From an uncultured Chloroflexia bacterium (lineage in GTDB: Bacteria > Chloroflexota > Limnocylindria > Limnocylindrales > CSP1-4): 64,000 nt of DNA. The position numbers were made by a program, and so were the translations under genes. Below are positions 39,132 through 49,260 of this stretch, piece by piece. The stretch spans positions 619,257 to 683,256 of the forward strand of contig CAWBMD010000002.1 of the NCBI GenBank assembly GCA_963789865.1, written 5' to 3'. Under the pieces are notes generated by a model. The model did not search any database. It was given only the letters and a program-made list of their open reading frames with translations, and was not told the origin of the DNA. How positions within the stretch are numbered: the first letter of the stretch is position 1; every line of letters begins with the position of its first letter.

Positions 39132-40322
39132 GTGCGCGTACGGACGATCGAGCTGCGGATCCTGGCGGCGGCCCTCGCCGGCCTCTGGCTGGCGGCGTTC
39201 GCGCTGATCCTGGTCGGGTATCGCCCGGGCGGCCCGGTGGACATCCTGGTGGGCATCGCGGCGGCCGGCCCGATCCTCATCGCCGTTGCGCGCCCTTGTC
39301 TGGCCCCCCGTCGCACGCGGCGATCGCGCCTTCGCGGCGATGGCCTGGCTCGCGCTCGGGGCGATGCTCCTGCTGGTCCCGTCGCTCGGCCGGGCTCCTG
39401 AGCCAGCTCGACGGCCGCGGTCCGCAGACGCTCCTGCCCTCGCTCGAGGCCGCCTACCCGTGGCTGCTCGGCGCTCGTCGCCACCGGCGTCTTCGCGGGG
39501 CTCGGCATCGCCCGGCGGCGCCTGGGCGACACGGCGCTGCGACGGCGGCGCCTCGTGATGGGCACCGTCCTCGGCCTGCGCGATGGTGCTGGCCGCCGGC
39601 GGCGTCTTCTCGACGGTGGCGATCGTCAACGAGCTCGCGCTGGGCGACCGTCCCGCGATCACGTCGCGGTTCGGGCCCACGGACCCGGACCTGGAGCCGC
39701 CCCCCTGCGGCGGGGTGATCCTCTACGGCACCACGGCGGTCCTGGACCTGCGGATGGACTCGTCGCTGGACGGCCAGTTCGCCGGGCAGGTCGCGATCCA
39801 CGGCACCCGGAACGGGACGGACGTCGCAGTGGAACGGCTTCGCGGCCACGCGCCTGACCCTGGGCCAGCACGGGATCACGCGCATCGGCGACCGGACCTG
39901 GGAGCTGGCGCCGGGGCGCCCGTGGGCGCCGGCGGAGCCCGGCCGCAGCCTCCAGCGAGGACCTGGACCGGACGATGCTCCTGGTGGCGCTCAACCCGGC
40001 CAACCGCGCCGTGGCCGAGGATCGCGGGATCTCCTTCATCGAGGGCGCCCGCGCCCGGCACTGCCGGATCGCCGCCGACGGCACGATGATCCGGGACGCG
40101 CTGCCGGAGGTGGAGATGCTCGTCGGCGACACCGACCTCGCGCGCTGGCGCGGCGACCTGGACTTCTGGGTCTTCGCCGACGGGCAGCTGGGCCAGGTGG
40201 ACGGCCGGATCTCGGGGCCGGCGCTCGACCTCGCGGATGACGCGCTCGTCGCCGGCATCCGCTTCCGGATCACCGCGGTCGACCGCGGCTCGCCCATCAC
40301 CGTGCTGCCGCCGGGCGGCTGA
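39132..40322 (+). pseudogene. Hypothetical polytopic membrane protein with a C-terminal globular domain; at least 5 frameshifts in this sequence
   Basis: Pieced from ORFs 38688.., 39286.., 39296.., 39555.., 39583.. and 39975..40322 (VRVRTIELRILAAALAGLWLAAFALILVGY.. ..MLLVALNPANRAVAEDRGISFIEGARARHCRIAADG.. ..FRITAVDRGSPITVLPPGG*). The start is uncertain (alternative ATG 39006). Confidence 0.5.
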
Positions 40323-40338
40323 CGAGAAGGGACGTCGG

Positions 40339-41364
40339 ATGACGTACGACACCACCGAGCCGGATCTGCCGGACGACGAGCGGCCTGGAGGGCAAGCGCG
40401 ACCGGACGGCGCGCCTGCTGAACGTGCTCGCGATTCTCCAGGGCAGCGGCGACAACGGGATCCGGGTGGAGGAGATCGCGCGCCGGACGAACATGGCGAA
40501 GCGAAGCGCCTACCGCGACCTGCGCGCCCTCGAGCGGGAGCTGAAGATCCCCCTCTGGAGCGAGGGTGGCCGATGGGGCGTCGGCAAGGGTGCGTTCCTG
40601 CCGCCGCTGCAGCTGACGCAGCCCGAGGCAACCGCAGTCTTCCTGGCCGCGCGCGTGATCACGCGCTACTCGGACAAGTACGACCCGGATCTCGCCTCGG
40701 CGTTCCAGAAGCTGGCGGCCGCGCTCCCGGACGCGCTGCGCGAGCATGTCGAGCGGACGCTCCGCGACCTTGCCCTCCGCCCGGTGGACCCGGCGTTCAA
40801 CCGGCACGTCGAGGACCTGACCCGGGCGTGGGCGCAGCGCCGCGTGGTGCGGTTCCGGTACGCCCCGGCGGCGTACGACGGCGGCGAGCGGGAGCCGACC
40901 TGGCGCGAGGTCCGCCCGTACCTGCTCGAGCCGTCGCTCCAGACGCATGCGCTGTACCTCATCGGCCTCGACGAGACGCGGGGAGCGATGCGGACGTTCA
41001 AGGTGGAGCGGATCCTGGACCTGTCCCTCACCTCCCGGACGTTCGAGGCGCCCGAGGCGGCAGTCTCGGACACGCTCCGCCGAGCCTGGGACATCATCGC
41101 CGACCAGCCCGAGGTCCACGTGGTCCTGCGGTTCGCGCCGGCCGTCTCCACGCGGGTCCGCGAGGCGACGTGGCATCCGAGCCAGTCCGTCACGGAGCTG
41201 GCGGACGGGTCGCTGGAATGGCGGGCCAGGGTGTCCGGCACCGTGGAGATCCGGCTCTGGATCCTCGCCTGGGGCGACGACGTGGAGGTCCTGGAGCCGG
41301 TGCCGCTCCGGTCGACGTGGCCGCGACCCATGCGCGGGCGGCGGCGCGGTACCCCGCGACCTGA
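40339..41364 (+). pseudogene. WYL-domain transcriptional regulator (HTH-WYL-WCX, YafY/PafBC-like); two compensating frameshifts
   Basis: The ATG 40339 and the last 20 aa lie in the frame of ORF 40237..41364. The body is in ORF 40424..41428 (..RTARLLNVLAILQGSG..IARRTNMAKRSAYRDLRALE.. ..REVRPYLLEP..LYLIGLDE..MRTFKVERI). Junctions are near 40385 and 41305. Confidence 0.8.
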
Positions 41365-41535
41365 CAATCCGGGGACGGGTGTGCCCGGATCCCGCATGGG
41401 GCAAGCAGCGTCTGTCATGGTTCGGTGAGGTTTGGTAGGGTTGCCGCACCCACCGACGCCGCGCCCCATGCCGGCCTCCTGCCCGCCCCCGGGCACTCGA
41501 CGGGAGATCAGCCATCGCCTCCGCCTCGACTCTTC

Positions 41536-42383
41536 ATGTCCCGGGCGCCCCGAGCGCCCCCAGGCCGCGAGGGCGTCGCCGGCTCGTCGCCCTCGTCGCC
41601 GCCTTCCTGACGCTCGTCACCGTGCTCGGCGGCCTGCCCGGCCCAACCGTCGCAGCCACCATCCCGACCCCGACGGCCACCGCGACCGCCATGGCCGCCT
41701 TGGTGCTCGGCCGGCTGAACCGGGATCGCGCGGCGAGGGGCCTGGCCCCTCTCCACAACTGGTCCGTCCTCGCGACCCTGGCGAACGAACGGGCCGCCAG
41801 CATGGCCATGATGGGCACCATGTCGCACGATGCCGCGGGTGGGAACGTGACGAGTGTTCTCAGCGTGCGCGGCATCCAGTCCTACGGCTCCGGCGAGATC
41901 ATCGGCGCCAGCACCTACCCCTGGGGCGGCCGCGCGGCGGGCAACATCTACACCCTCTGGAAGGGGAGCCCGACGCACCGGGCGATCATGTTCAGCTCCA
42001 GGTACAACTACGTCGGCGTGGCCTTCGTGTACCGGGCGGCAACGAAGACCACGTACGCCTCGGTGGTGTTCTCGGAGTCGAAGGACCACACAGGTGCCGT
42101 CGCTCGCACGGTGTCGCTGCGCCGGAGCGGCACGACGATCGCCGTCGCCTGGACGGGCCACGATCCGCGGCTGCAGACCCACACCGCCGGCCTGCGCTCG
42201 TTCGACGTGCAGTATCGGGTCGACGGCGGAGCCTGGCGCACGATCCTGAACGACACGACCCACAGGTCCCTGACGATGCGCAGCCGCCCGCACGGCCACT
42301 GGTACTCGTTCCGGGTCCAGGCGGCGGACCGGCGCGGTAACCTCTCACGGTGGACCGGCGCGAGGAGGATCTGGGTTCCGTAG
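41536..42383 (+). pseudogene. Secreted CAP/SCP (PR-1-like) domain protein with a C-terminal Ig/FN3-like domain; one frameshift near the signal peptide
   Basis: ATG 41536 (ORF 41425..41610), then RRRLVALVAAFLTLVTVLGG.. in the frame of ORF 41622..42383. CAP motifs LNRDRAARGLAPL, MSHDAAGGN and GSPTHRAIMFSSRYNYVGVAFVY. Confidence 0.75.
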
Positions 42384-43810
42384 CCGCGGGCGCGACGGGG
42401 CGGACGGGGCGCCGCCTGCCCTTCGCCGCCGTCAACCTCATCAGCGACCCCATCCACGGGTACGTCGAGCTCAGCAAGCGCCTGTCGCCGGCGGACGCGC
42501 GCGCCGCCGGCCTCCGGGAGGAGGACGTGGCGGAGGACGACCTGCTGGACACGGCCTGGGTCCAGCGCCTGCGCCGGATCAGCCAGCTCCAGAGCGCTCG
42601 GTGGGTCTTCCCGACGGCCGAGCATTCCCGGTTCACGCACGGCCTGGGCGTCATGCACGAGGCCGGCCTCTGGGCCCGGTCCCTGTACCCCACCCTCCGG
42701 GCGTCCCTGCCGGTCCTTGCGCCGGGCCAGCCCGTCCCGTCCGAGGGCCTCGTCACCGAGACGCTGCGGATCGCCGGGCTCCTCCACGATGTCGGTCACG
42801 GCCCGTTCGCCCACTTCTTCGATGACCGGTTCCTGGCCGACTTTCCGGCTCCGGCGGACCCGCGCCGGCCCGACGCCAAGACCCTCTCCCACGAGGACCT
42901 CTCGCAGCTGGTCATCGAGCACGAGCTCGGTCCCCTGATCCGCGGTCTCAGGCGTGCGCCCGGCGCCGTGGCCGAGCGGGACGGCTTCGCGGAGGACGAG
43001 GCCATCGATCCGCGGTGGGTCTCGTACCTCATCTCGAAGCCCCCGCTTCTCGACGCGTCGATGCCCGGCTGGGTCAGGACGCTCCAGCCGCTCCTGTCGG
43101 GCGTGTTCACGGTGGACAACCTGGACTACGTCCGGCGGGACGCGTACCTCACTGGCGTCTCCATGGGCCCGGTTGACGCCGAGCGCCTCCGCCGGTACAC
43201 GTTCATCTCGGAGCGGGGGTTGACGCTGTACGAGTCCGGCGTCGGGGCGCTGGAGATGTTCCTCACCGCGCGCCTGTTCATGTACCAGCACGTGTACCTG
43301 CACCGGACCGTGCGGGCGATCGACCTGGACCTCGCCGAGGTGTTCGCACCCTCGATCCGGGCCGTGTTCGGGGACGGATCGCCTGCGGAGAGGCTCTCAG
43401 CGTTCGCGAACCTGGACGAGTACGCGCTGCTCCACCAGGCCGCTCTCTGGGCCCGCGGCGAGCACCTCGCGGCGGCGCCGCTCGCGGGCGACGGCTGCGT
43501 GACCGCGGCCGTGGCCGACGGGTGGCGGGCGATCCTGCTCCGCCGTCCGCGCTGGCGCGCAGAGCGCGAAGTCCGCACGGAATCGGCTGTCCCGGACTGG
43601 CCGCCGTCCCTGCTGGCGGAGCTGGGCGATGCGGATCCCGGACATGTCGTCCTGGACCTGACCGGCGTGGACGCGCGGCCGGGCGCCTCGAAGCCGGCAA
43701 CGCTGGCGATCGAGCTGCGGGACGGCGGCCCGGGCCCGTCCCTGGCGGAGGCCCTGGCACGGCTGCCGGCGTGGTCGCTCATCGGGCGGCGGTTCCGGCG
43801 GATCGACTGA
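42350..43810 (+). CDS. HD-domain phosphohydrolase (SAMHD1/dNTP triphosphohydrolase-like)
   Basis: DPIHGYVEL..WVQRLRRISQL..EHSRFTHGLGV..LLHDVGHGPFAHFFD..DNLDYVRRDAY. The start is uncertain: GTG 42350 overlaps the upstream gene by 34 nt. Confidence 0.8.
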   Translation: MDRREEDLGSVAAGATGRTGRRLPFAAVNLISDPIHGYVELSKRLSPADARAAGLREEDVAEDDLLDTAWVQRLRRISQLQSARWVFPTAEHSRFTHGLGVMHEAGLWARSLYPTLRASLPVLAPGQPVPSEGLVTETLRIAGLLHDVGHGPFAHFFDDRFLADFPAPADPRRPDAKTLSHEDLSQLVIEHELGPLIRGLRRAPGAVAERDGFAEDEAIDPRWVSYLISKPPLLDASMPGWVRTLQPLLSGVFTVDNLDYVRRDAYLTGVSMGPVDAERLRRYTFISERGLTLYESGVGALEMFLTARLFMYQHVYLHRTVRAIDLDLAEVFAPSIRAVFGDGSPAERLSAFANLDEYALLHQAALWARGEHLAAAPLAGDGCVTAAVADGWRAILLRRPRWRAEREVRTESAVPDWPPSLLAELGDADPGHVVLDLTGVDARPGASKPATLAIELRDGGPGPSLAEALARLPAWSLIGRRFRRID

Positions 43811-43833
43811 AGGGGGAGCGTCCCGCCGACCGG

Positions 43834-44898
43834 TCAGCGCGGGGAGATCAGGCCCGCGTTGGGGGTTCGAGCCGCCGGATGCGATGGCTCGGGCGTGGCA
43901 CGAGCGTTGATCCCTGCCTTCGGCGGCAGCACCAGCAGCGGGTCAACGCGCGCGATCTCCGCCTTCGGCACCTTCATCCGCTTCACGACGTCCGACCGGA
44001 TCGCCATCGGCGTGAGCTCCAGGGGCGAGAAGAGGTCGTAGTGGAGGTGGCAGCCCGACGCACGACCCGTCATCCCCTCGTAGCCGATGAGCTGGCCGGC
44101 CTTGACCTGCTGGCCCGGCTTGACGGTGACCCGGCTGAAGTGGGCATAGACGCTGCGATAACCGTTCCCGTCGTCGATGACGATCACGATCGGGAGCGTC
44201 GGCCAGAGGCCCCTCTGGTCCAGGAGCTTGAGATACGGGCCCAGGTCGCCGAGCCATCCCATGTATGCGTCGTAGTGGCGGCTGGCCGTCAGCACGGTGC
44301 CCGAGTGCACCGCGGCGACCCGGTCCCCGCAGAACGTTGCGAGGTCCACGCCGTCATGGAATCGCTCCCCGTTCACCCAGCGGGTTCCCCAGACCGTGGG
44401 GCCGAAAGGGAGGGTGAGGCGGGGATGAGCCAGCGGCCAGACATAGCCCACCAGGCTCTCGATCGGCGGGGCGGTGGTGACGGTGTTCGCCCCAAAGGTC
44501 AGGCTCAAGAAGCTATCGCTGGGGCCGGGCACAGCCGTGGGCGAGGCCGTGGAAACGGGCGTGGGCAGCGGTGCGGCGGCGCGCGGCAGCGGCGTGGCGG
44601 CGGGCGGCAGCGGCGTGGCGGCGGGCGGAAGCGGCGTGGCGGCGGGCGGCACCGGGCTCGCGGCTGCGGGAGGCAACGGCTTCCCGGCGGGGGTCGGCTC
44701 CTGGCCGACCACCGCGGCGCCCGTACCCGCATCGCCGACGAGATCCAAGACCTTCCCGGTCGGGTGGATGGTCGGCCAGGCGAGCAGGACGGTGAACGCA
44801 CTCACGACGGCGATGGCGGCGAAGCGCCAGGGAGGCCGGCGACGGGCGCGGGCGTGCGGGAATTGCTGGTTGCGGGGCACCGATGGAGTGTGCCGCAC
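43834..44898 (-). CDS. M23 family metallopeptidase (peptidoglycan endopeptidase) with N-terminal TM anchor
   Basis: HDGVDLA (HxxxD) and GCHLHYDL (HxH). TM helix FAAIAVVSAFTVLLAW. Confidence 0.85.
   Translation of the reverse strand: MRHTPSVPRNQQFPHARARRRPPWRFAAIAVVSAFTVLLAWPTIHPTGKVLDLVGDAGTGAAVVGQEPTPAGKPLPPAAASPVPPAATPLPPAATPLPPAATPLPRAAAPLPTPVSTASPTAVPGPSDSFLSLTFGANTVTTAPPIESLVGYVWPLAHPRLTLPFGPTVWGTRWVNGERFHDGVDLATFCGDRVAAVHSGTVLTASRHYDAYMGWLGDLGPYLKLLDQRGLWPTLPIVIVIDDGNGYRSVYAHFSRVTVKPGQQVKAGQLIGYEGMTGRASGCHLHYDLFSPLELTPMAIRSDVVKRMKVPKAEIARVDPLLVLPPKAGINARATPEPSHPAARTPNAGLISPR
44585..44647. repeat. In-frame 21-bp x3 tandem repeat inside the M23 gene (encodes PPAATPL x3)
   Basis: Units at 44585-44605, 44606-44626 and 44627-44647, read directly. 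Confidence 0.8.
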
Positions 44899-44958
44899 CG
44901 GCGGGCGAGCGGCAAGCCGATTGGGCGGGGCCGACCGGCGGTATCATGCCCGAGCCGC

Positions 44959-45035
<77 letters not shown>

Positions 45036-45113
45036 AATCCCCAAGGCGCCGCCAGTCGTCGCTCTCTCGCCGCTCCTTTATGCTGCGAGCTGGCCTCCCC
45101 AGCAGCCGTGAAG

Positions 45114-45887
45114 ATGCAGGTGTGCCACGTGAGCTTCGATGTCGCCGCCGAGGCCTACGACGGCTTCATGGGTCGGTACTCGCGCCTGCTGTCTGGTCAA
45201 CTCGCAGACCTCGCCTCGGTGCGCAGAGGGCAGCGGGTCCTCGACGTCGGTTGCGGCACGGGCGCGCTCACCGGCGAGCTGGTCGCCCGGCTGGGACCCG
45301 ACGCGGTAGCGGCCGTCGATCCGTCCGAGCCGTTCGTTGCCGCGACGCGGGCGCGCCACCCTGGCGTCGACGTTCGGCGAGCGTCTGCCGAGCAGGTGCC
45401 GTTCCCGGATGGGGCCTTCGACGCCGCCCTCGCGCAGCTCGTCGTCCACTTCATGAAGGATCCGGTCGCGGGGCTGACCGAGATGGCCCGCGTGACCCGG
45501 CGGGACGGTGTCGTCGCCGCGTGCGTCTGGGACCACGGCGGCGTCAAGGGACCACTCCGGCTCTTCTGGGACGCTGCCCGTGCGCTCGACCCGGATGTCG
45601 ACGACGAGTCCGACCTCCCCGGCACCCGCGCGGGCCACCTGGCGGAGCTGTTCGAGGCCGCCGGGCTGCGCGAGATCGAGGCAACCGCCCTCTCCGTGCG
45701 CCTCGAGCACCCGACCTTCGACGCCTGGTGGGAGCCGTTCACGCGCGGCGTCGGGCCCGCCGGCGCCTACCTGGCGAGCCTCGATGCGGACCGGCGCGTG
45801 GAGCTGCGCGACGAGTGCCGGCGACGGGTGCCCTCGGAGCCGTTCGTGGTCACCGCGGTGGCGTGGGCGGCGCGCGGCCTCGCATAG
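45114..45887 (+). CDS. Class I SAM-dependent methyltransferase
   Basis: ORF 44883..45887 trimmed to MQVCHVSFD. Motif I VLDVGCGTGALT; also DAALAQLVVHFM. Confidence 0.85.
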   Translation: MQVCHVSFDVAAEAYDGFMGRYSRLLSGQLADLASVRRGQRVLDVGCGTGALTGELVARLGPDAVAAVDPSEPFVAATRARHPGVDVRRASAEQVPFPDGAFDAALAQLVVHFMKDPVAGLTEMARVTRRDGVVAACVWDHGGVKGPLRLFWDAARALDPDVDDESDLPGTRAGHLAELFEAAGLREIEATALSVRLEHPTFDAWWEPFTRGVGPAGAYLASLDADRRVELRDECRRRVPSEPFVVTAVAWAARGLA

Positions 45888-46071
45888 CGAGGAGTGCGAA
45901 GACGTGACGGCGCCCTGCCGGTCGTGGTCTTGCCGGCCGCAGTCGTGCCGCCCTCCGGGCGCGCCAAGGATCGGACGAATACGGCGTGTCGGTCGCCCGC
46001 GCGCGTCCCGGCCACATGGCGCCCGGAGTCGTGACGGCGGGCTCGTGTGCGCCCAGGCGACGGGGCGCACC

Positions 46072-47658
46072 ATGGCCGCACTCCCGGGGGTGTGCCGCGA
46101 TGCCGCGCACCAGGACTGGGCAATTCGGGCGCGCAGGGGTGCACTGGTGAGCCACGAGGAGACGAACACGCCGGCCTCTACGGGACGACTGCCACGCGCG
46201 GCCCTCATCGCCGGGACGTTCCTGGTCGCCGCGGTCGCCGTGACCCCCGTCGCGAGCTCGGACGACGCGGGGGCGATCGACGCCTACCTGGGAGGGGCGA
46301 TGGCGGCATCCGGCATCCCGGGTCTCGCCGCGATCGTGGTCGAGCGCGGGCAGCGCGTATACGAGGGCGCCTTCGGCTCGACCGTCGATGGCTCGCCGAT
46401 GACCACCACGTCGCGACTCATCGTGGGCTCGGTCGGCAAGTCGATCACCGCCCTCGCTGTCCGCCAGCTCGCGGCGAGCGGCGCCATCGACCTCGACGCG
46501 CCGCTCGTGCGCTACCTGCCGTGGTTTACCCTCGACGCGCCGGCGGGGCACCTCGACGCGATGACCGTCGCCACCCTCCTGGCCCACACGAGCGGCCTGT
46601 CGACGGCCGATGGCCAGGATCCCCGCTGGTACGAGCCTGGGCTGACACCGGAGGGCATCGCCAGATCACTGTCGTCGGTCCGACCCGACCGGCCAGCCGG
46701 CGCCTACGAGTACTCGAACCTCAACTATGTGCTCCTGGGCGTCCTCATCGAGGCGGCGAGCGGCCAGCCGTATGACGCTTACCTCGCCGACCACGTCTTC
46801 GGGCCCCTCGGAATGGCGGCGAGCGCGGCGCGTGGCGACGCCGTCCCACCCGGGCCCACGGGCCACCGCTACCTCTTCGGGATGCCCGTTCCCGTCGCGG
46901 AACCGTATCCGGACGGTGTCGTGCCCGCCGGATACCACGTCTCGAACGCCGACGACATGGCCCGCTTCGTCGCAGCGCTGGCCGCGGGCGGCGCCGTGAA
47001 CGGCACCGACATCGTCGGCGGCGACCCTGCCGTCGTGCCGGCGCCCTCGCTGACGACAGACTGGGCGCCGATGGGCGCAGCCGCGGCAGGCGCGGCCAGC
47101 GGTCAGAGTGGGTCGACCCTCGGGACGAACGCCGACATCCTCGTCGAGCCCGGTGCCGGGCGCGGCGTCGTCGTGCTCATGAACGCCAACCCTACCCAGC
47201 TCCTCGGGCTGCCGCGCGGCGCTGCCGACATCGCCCTTGACGTGCTCCGGCTGAGCAGCGGGTCCGGTCCCCTGCCGGGCTCACCGACCGTGCGCACGGT
47301 GTACGCCGTCGTGGACGTCGTGCTGCTGGCGCTGGCGGGCCTCCTCGTCGCCCATGCATGGCGCGCGCGAACATGGAGCCGCCGCTGGCTGACGGCCGAC
47401 CGGCGCGGCCGCCGCCTGATGACGGCGCGGACTGTCTTGGCCGACCTCGCGCTCCCGCTCGTCGTCCTCCTGGGCTTCCCGCTCCTCATCGGGTTCGCCG
47501 GCTCCGCGCGGGAATTCGACATCGTCGGTGGCTGGCGGTTCACCATGTGGACGCTGCCGGACATCGTCGTGACCCTGCTCCTGCTCGCCTCTGTGCCGCT
47601 CGTGCTCGGTACGGCGAAGCTCGTCGCGGTCTGGCGGATGGCGGCGCATAGGGCCTGA
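46072..47658 (+). CDS. Serine hydrolase of the beta-lactamase/PBP (class C-like) family with a C-terminal multi-TM extension
   Basis: SxxK motif GSVGKS, YEYSNLNY, and C-terminal TM helices (VVDVVLLALAGLLVAHAW; LALPLVVLLGFPLLIGF; VVTLLLLASVPLVLG). The alternative start is GTG 46147. Confidence 0.8.
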   Translation: MAALPGVCRDAAHQDWAIRARRGALVSHEETNTPASTGRLPRAALIAGTFLVAAVAVTPVASSDDAGAIDAYLGGAMAASGIPGLAAIVVERGQRVYEGAFGSTVDGSPMTTTSRLIVGSVGKSITALAVRQLAASGAIDLDAPLVRYLPWFTLDAPAGHLDAMTVATLLAHTSGLSTADGQDPRWYEPGLTPEGIARSLSSVRPDRPAGAYEYSNLNYVLLGVLIEAASGQPYDAYLADHVFGPLGMAASAARGDAVPPGPTGHRYLFGMPVPVAEPYPDGVVPAGYHVSNADDMARFVAALAAGGAVNGTDIVGGDPAVVPAPSLTTDWAPMGAAAAGAASGQSGSTLGTNADILVEPGAGRGVVVLMNANPTQLLGLPRGAADIALDVLRLSSGSGPLPGSPTVRTVYAVVDVVLLALAGLLVAHAWRARTWSRRWLTADRRGRRLMTARTVLADLALPLVVLLGFPLLIGFAGSAREFDIVGGWRFTMWTLPDIVVTLLLLASVPLVLGTAKLVAVWRMAAHRA

Positions 47659-47784
47659 CCGCGTGCACATGCGCGGCGCAGCGTCGTCACCTCTGTGGGC
47701 GGCGGTTCACCGGCACCGCGCGTGCAGCCCCGCAAAGCCGAGTGTGCGGTCCCGTCGGGTGCTGTTGTTCGTGCGCGCCCGAGG

Positions 47785-47829
47785 CCCTCCGGGCGCGCCA
47801 TTGTCCTGAGTCGCGACATAGGTGACACA
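47785..47829 (+). repeat. att-like direct repeat copy 1: 16-nt tRNA-Arg 3' end plus a shared 29-nt flank
   Basis: CCCTCCGGGCGCGCCA (identical to 45020-45035) followed by TTGTCCTGAGTCGCGACATAGGTGACACA. Confidence 0.7.
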
Positions 47830-47857
47830 TGAGTCGCGACATCGGCGACACGTCGGA

Positions 47858-48230
47858 TCAGCCGGTATCCTGGGACCCCGGCCATCGGCCGGGGTCCCGT
47901 CGTGTCTTGCGCCAGTAGCCCTTGTCGGGCTCGATCAGGTGGTCGAGAGGAACTCGCCGGTGTCGAGGGCGCCGATCGCGACCTCCCGCTTGTCGAAGAT
48001 GACGGGAGCGGTCGTCACTGTGGTCGAAGCGCCGCTGGATGACCACATCGCCGCCATCGTTGAGCGCCACCTCGTCCGAGACCGCCCTACGCAATCTGGG
48101 CCGCCCGGTGACTGTCGCCTATCTGGCCCCCGCCGACGATCTTGACGGTCGGCTGGGTAGATGTAGACAACCGCATTGCCATGCTGCCGCCCCAGGCGCA
48201 TGCTCCACTGGCTCGGCGTCCCAGCCACGC
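47858..48230 (-). pseudogene. Unidentified gene remnant (three short coding-looking frames, no start)
   Basis: High-GC3 minus-strand segments: VSDEVALNDGGDVVIQRRFDHSDD / APVIFDKREVAIGALDTGEFL / DHLIEPDKGYWRKTRRDPG. I do not recognise a family. Confidence 0.35.
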
Positions 48231-48274
48231 GACCCTCGCAGCGAACGCCGCGCCGCGTTCCGAGGTGTTCTCAC

Positions 48275-48778
48275 ATGGCAACCAGATATCGGCGTGCCCG
48301 GATGGTCATGGCGACCCTGGCGGCCACCTTGATGGTCGTGGCGGTCGCGGCACCGGTGGCGGCGTCGGGACCGCCGCAGTCTCTGACCCTCGTCTCGACG
48401 ACGATCTTCGACCCATCTGGCAATCACGGCACCTTCACGGCCAGCGGCGCCGCGGTCGACAACAGCCTGATCTGCGCGGCCGGGTCGTTCCTGGACACAG
48501 GCATCAAGTTCGCCGGCTTCCAGAGCAACAAGGCGGTCCAGCTCCAAGTCTTCAAGACCTACTCGTGCTCGAACGCCAATTCGTTCTTCGTCAAGATGCA
48601 GGTCCACGCCAACTTCGACGGGACGGAGGTCTTCACCTGGGTCGTCCGGGGTGGAACCGGCGCCTTCGCCCAACTTCACGGAAGCGGCTCAGGAACCACG
48701 GTGGGCATCTTCGTCTCGACGCCCGACGGCCCTGTGGAGACGGGCAACGTCAACACGTTCGTCGGCTCCCTGCATTGA
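48275..48778 (+). CDS. Secreted hypothetical protein; compositionally foreign (lower GC)
   Basis: ORF 48176..48778 trimmed to MATRYRRARMVMATLAATLMVVAVAAPVAASG (signal peptide). Hand GC counts are about 50-62% on lines 48401-48460 and 48541-48600, against about 75% on line 12001-12060. Confidence 0.6.
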   Translation: MATRYRRARMVMATLAATLMVVAVAAPVAASGPPQSLTLVSTTIFDPSGNHGTFTASGAAVDNSLICAAGSFLDTGIKFAGFQSNKAVQLQVFKTYSCSNANSFFVKMQVHANFDGTEVFTWVVRGGTGAFAQLHGSGSGTTVGIFVSTPDGPVETGNVNTFVGSLH

Positions 48779-49260
48779 CAAACGCGACGCCCCCCGCCAA
48801 GTCCGGCTACGTGACCCGAGATGGATGTCGACTCCGCCAGTACGCATGAAACGGCCGTTGTTGGACCCAACCGGCGTCTCCAGCGGCCTTTTCCCGCCGC
48901 CCGGGTGCGGCCTCCACCATCCGGCCGATAGCGAGCACCGTTGCGTTGTGCTTCGCCTGGACTGAGCTGCCGTCACAGACGAGGTCGGTGGGACCGCGAC
49001 GGTGAACATCCACGGGCGGGTGAGGCGACGTCACGTCGCCGTCGATCCGCCGGGTGTCTGCACGTCCTGAACCGCCCGATGACTGTCGCCCGTCCCGTCC
49101 CCGCTACGATCCGCATGGTGGCTGGAGAGTGACGCGGCATTTCCTCTCGCCCGGGCGTCCTACGCCCCTCCCCCTCGTCCGACCGGCCTCTCTGCTACGC
49201 GGCTCGAAGGGCCTCCGCAATTTCGTCGACGCCCTCGATCACGAAGGTTGGTGGCGGTGC

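Noticed and set aside
17566-42383. Programmed ribosomal frameshifting or a block of genuine pseudogenes
   Set aside because: There are too many sites, and I saw no slippery heptamer plus structure pattern. The sites coincide with G/C homopolymers and include compensating pairs. Sequencing or assembly indels are more parsimonious, though this is unproven without reads.
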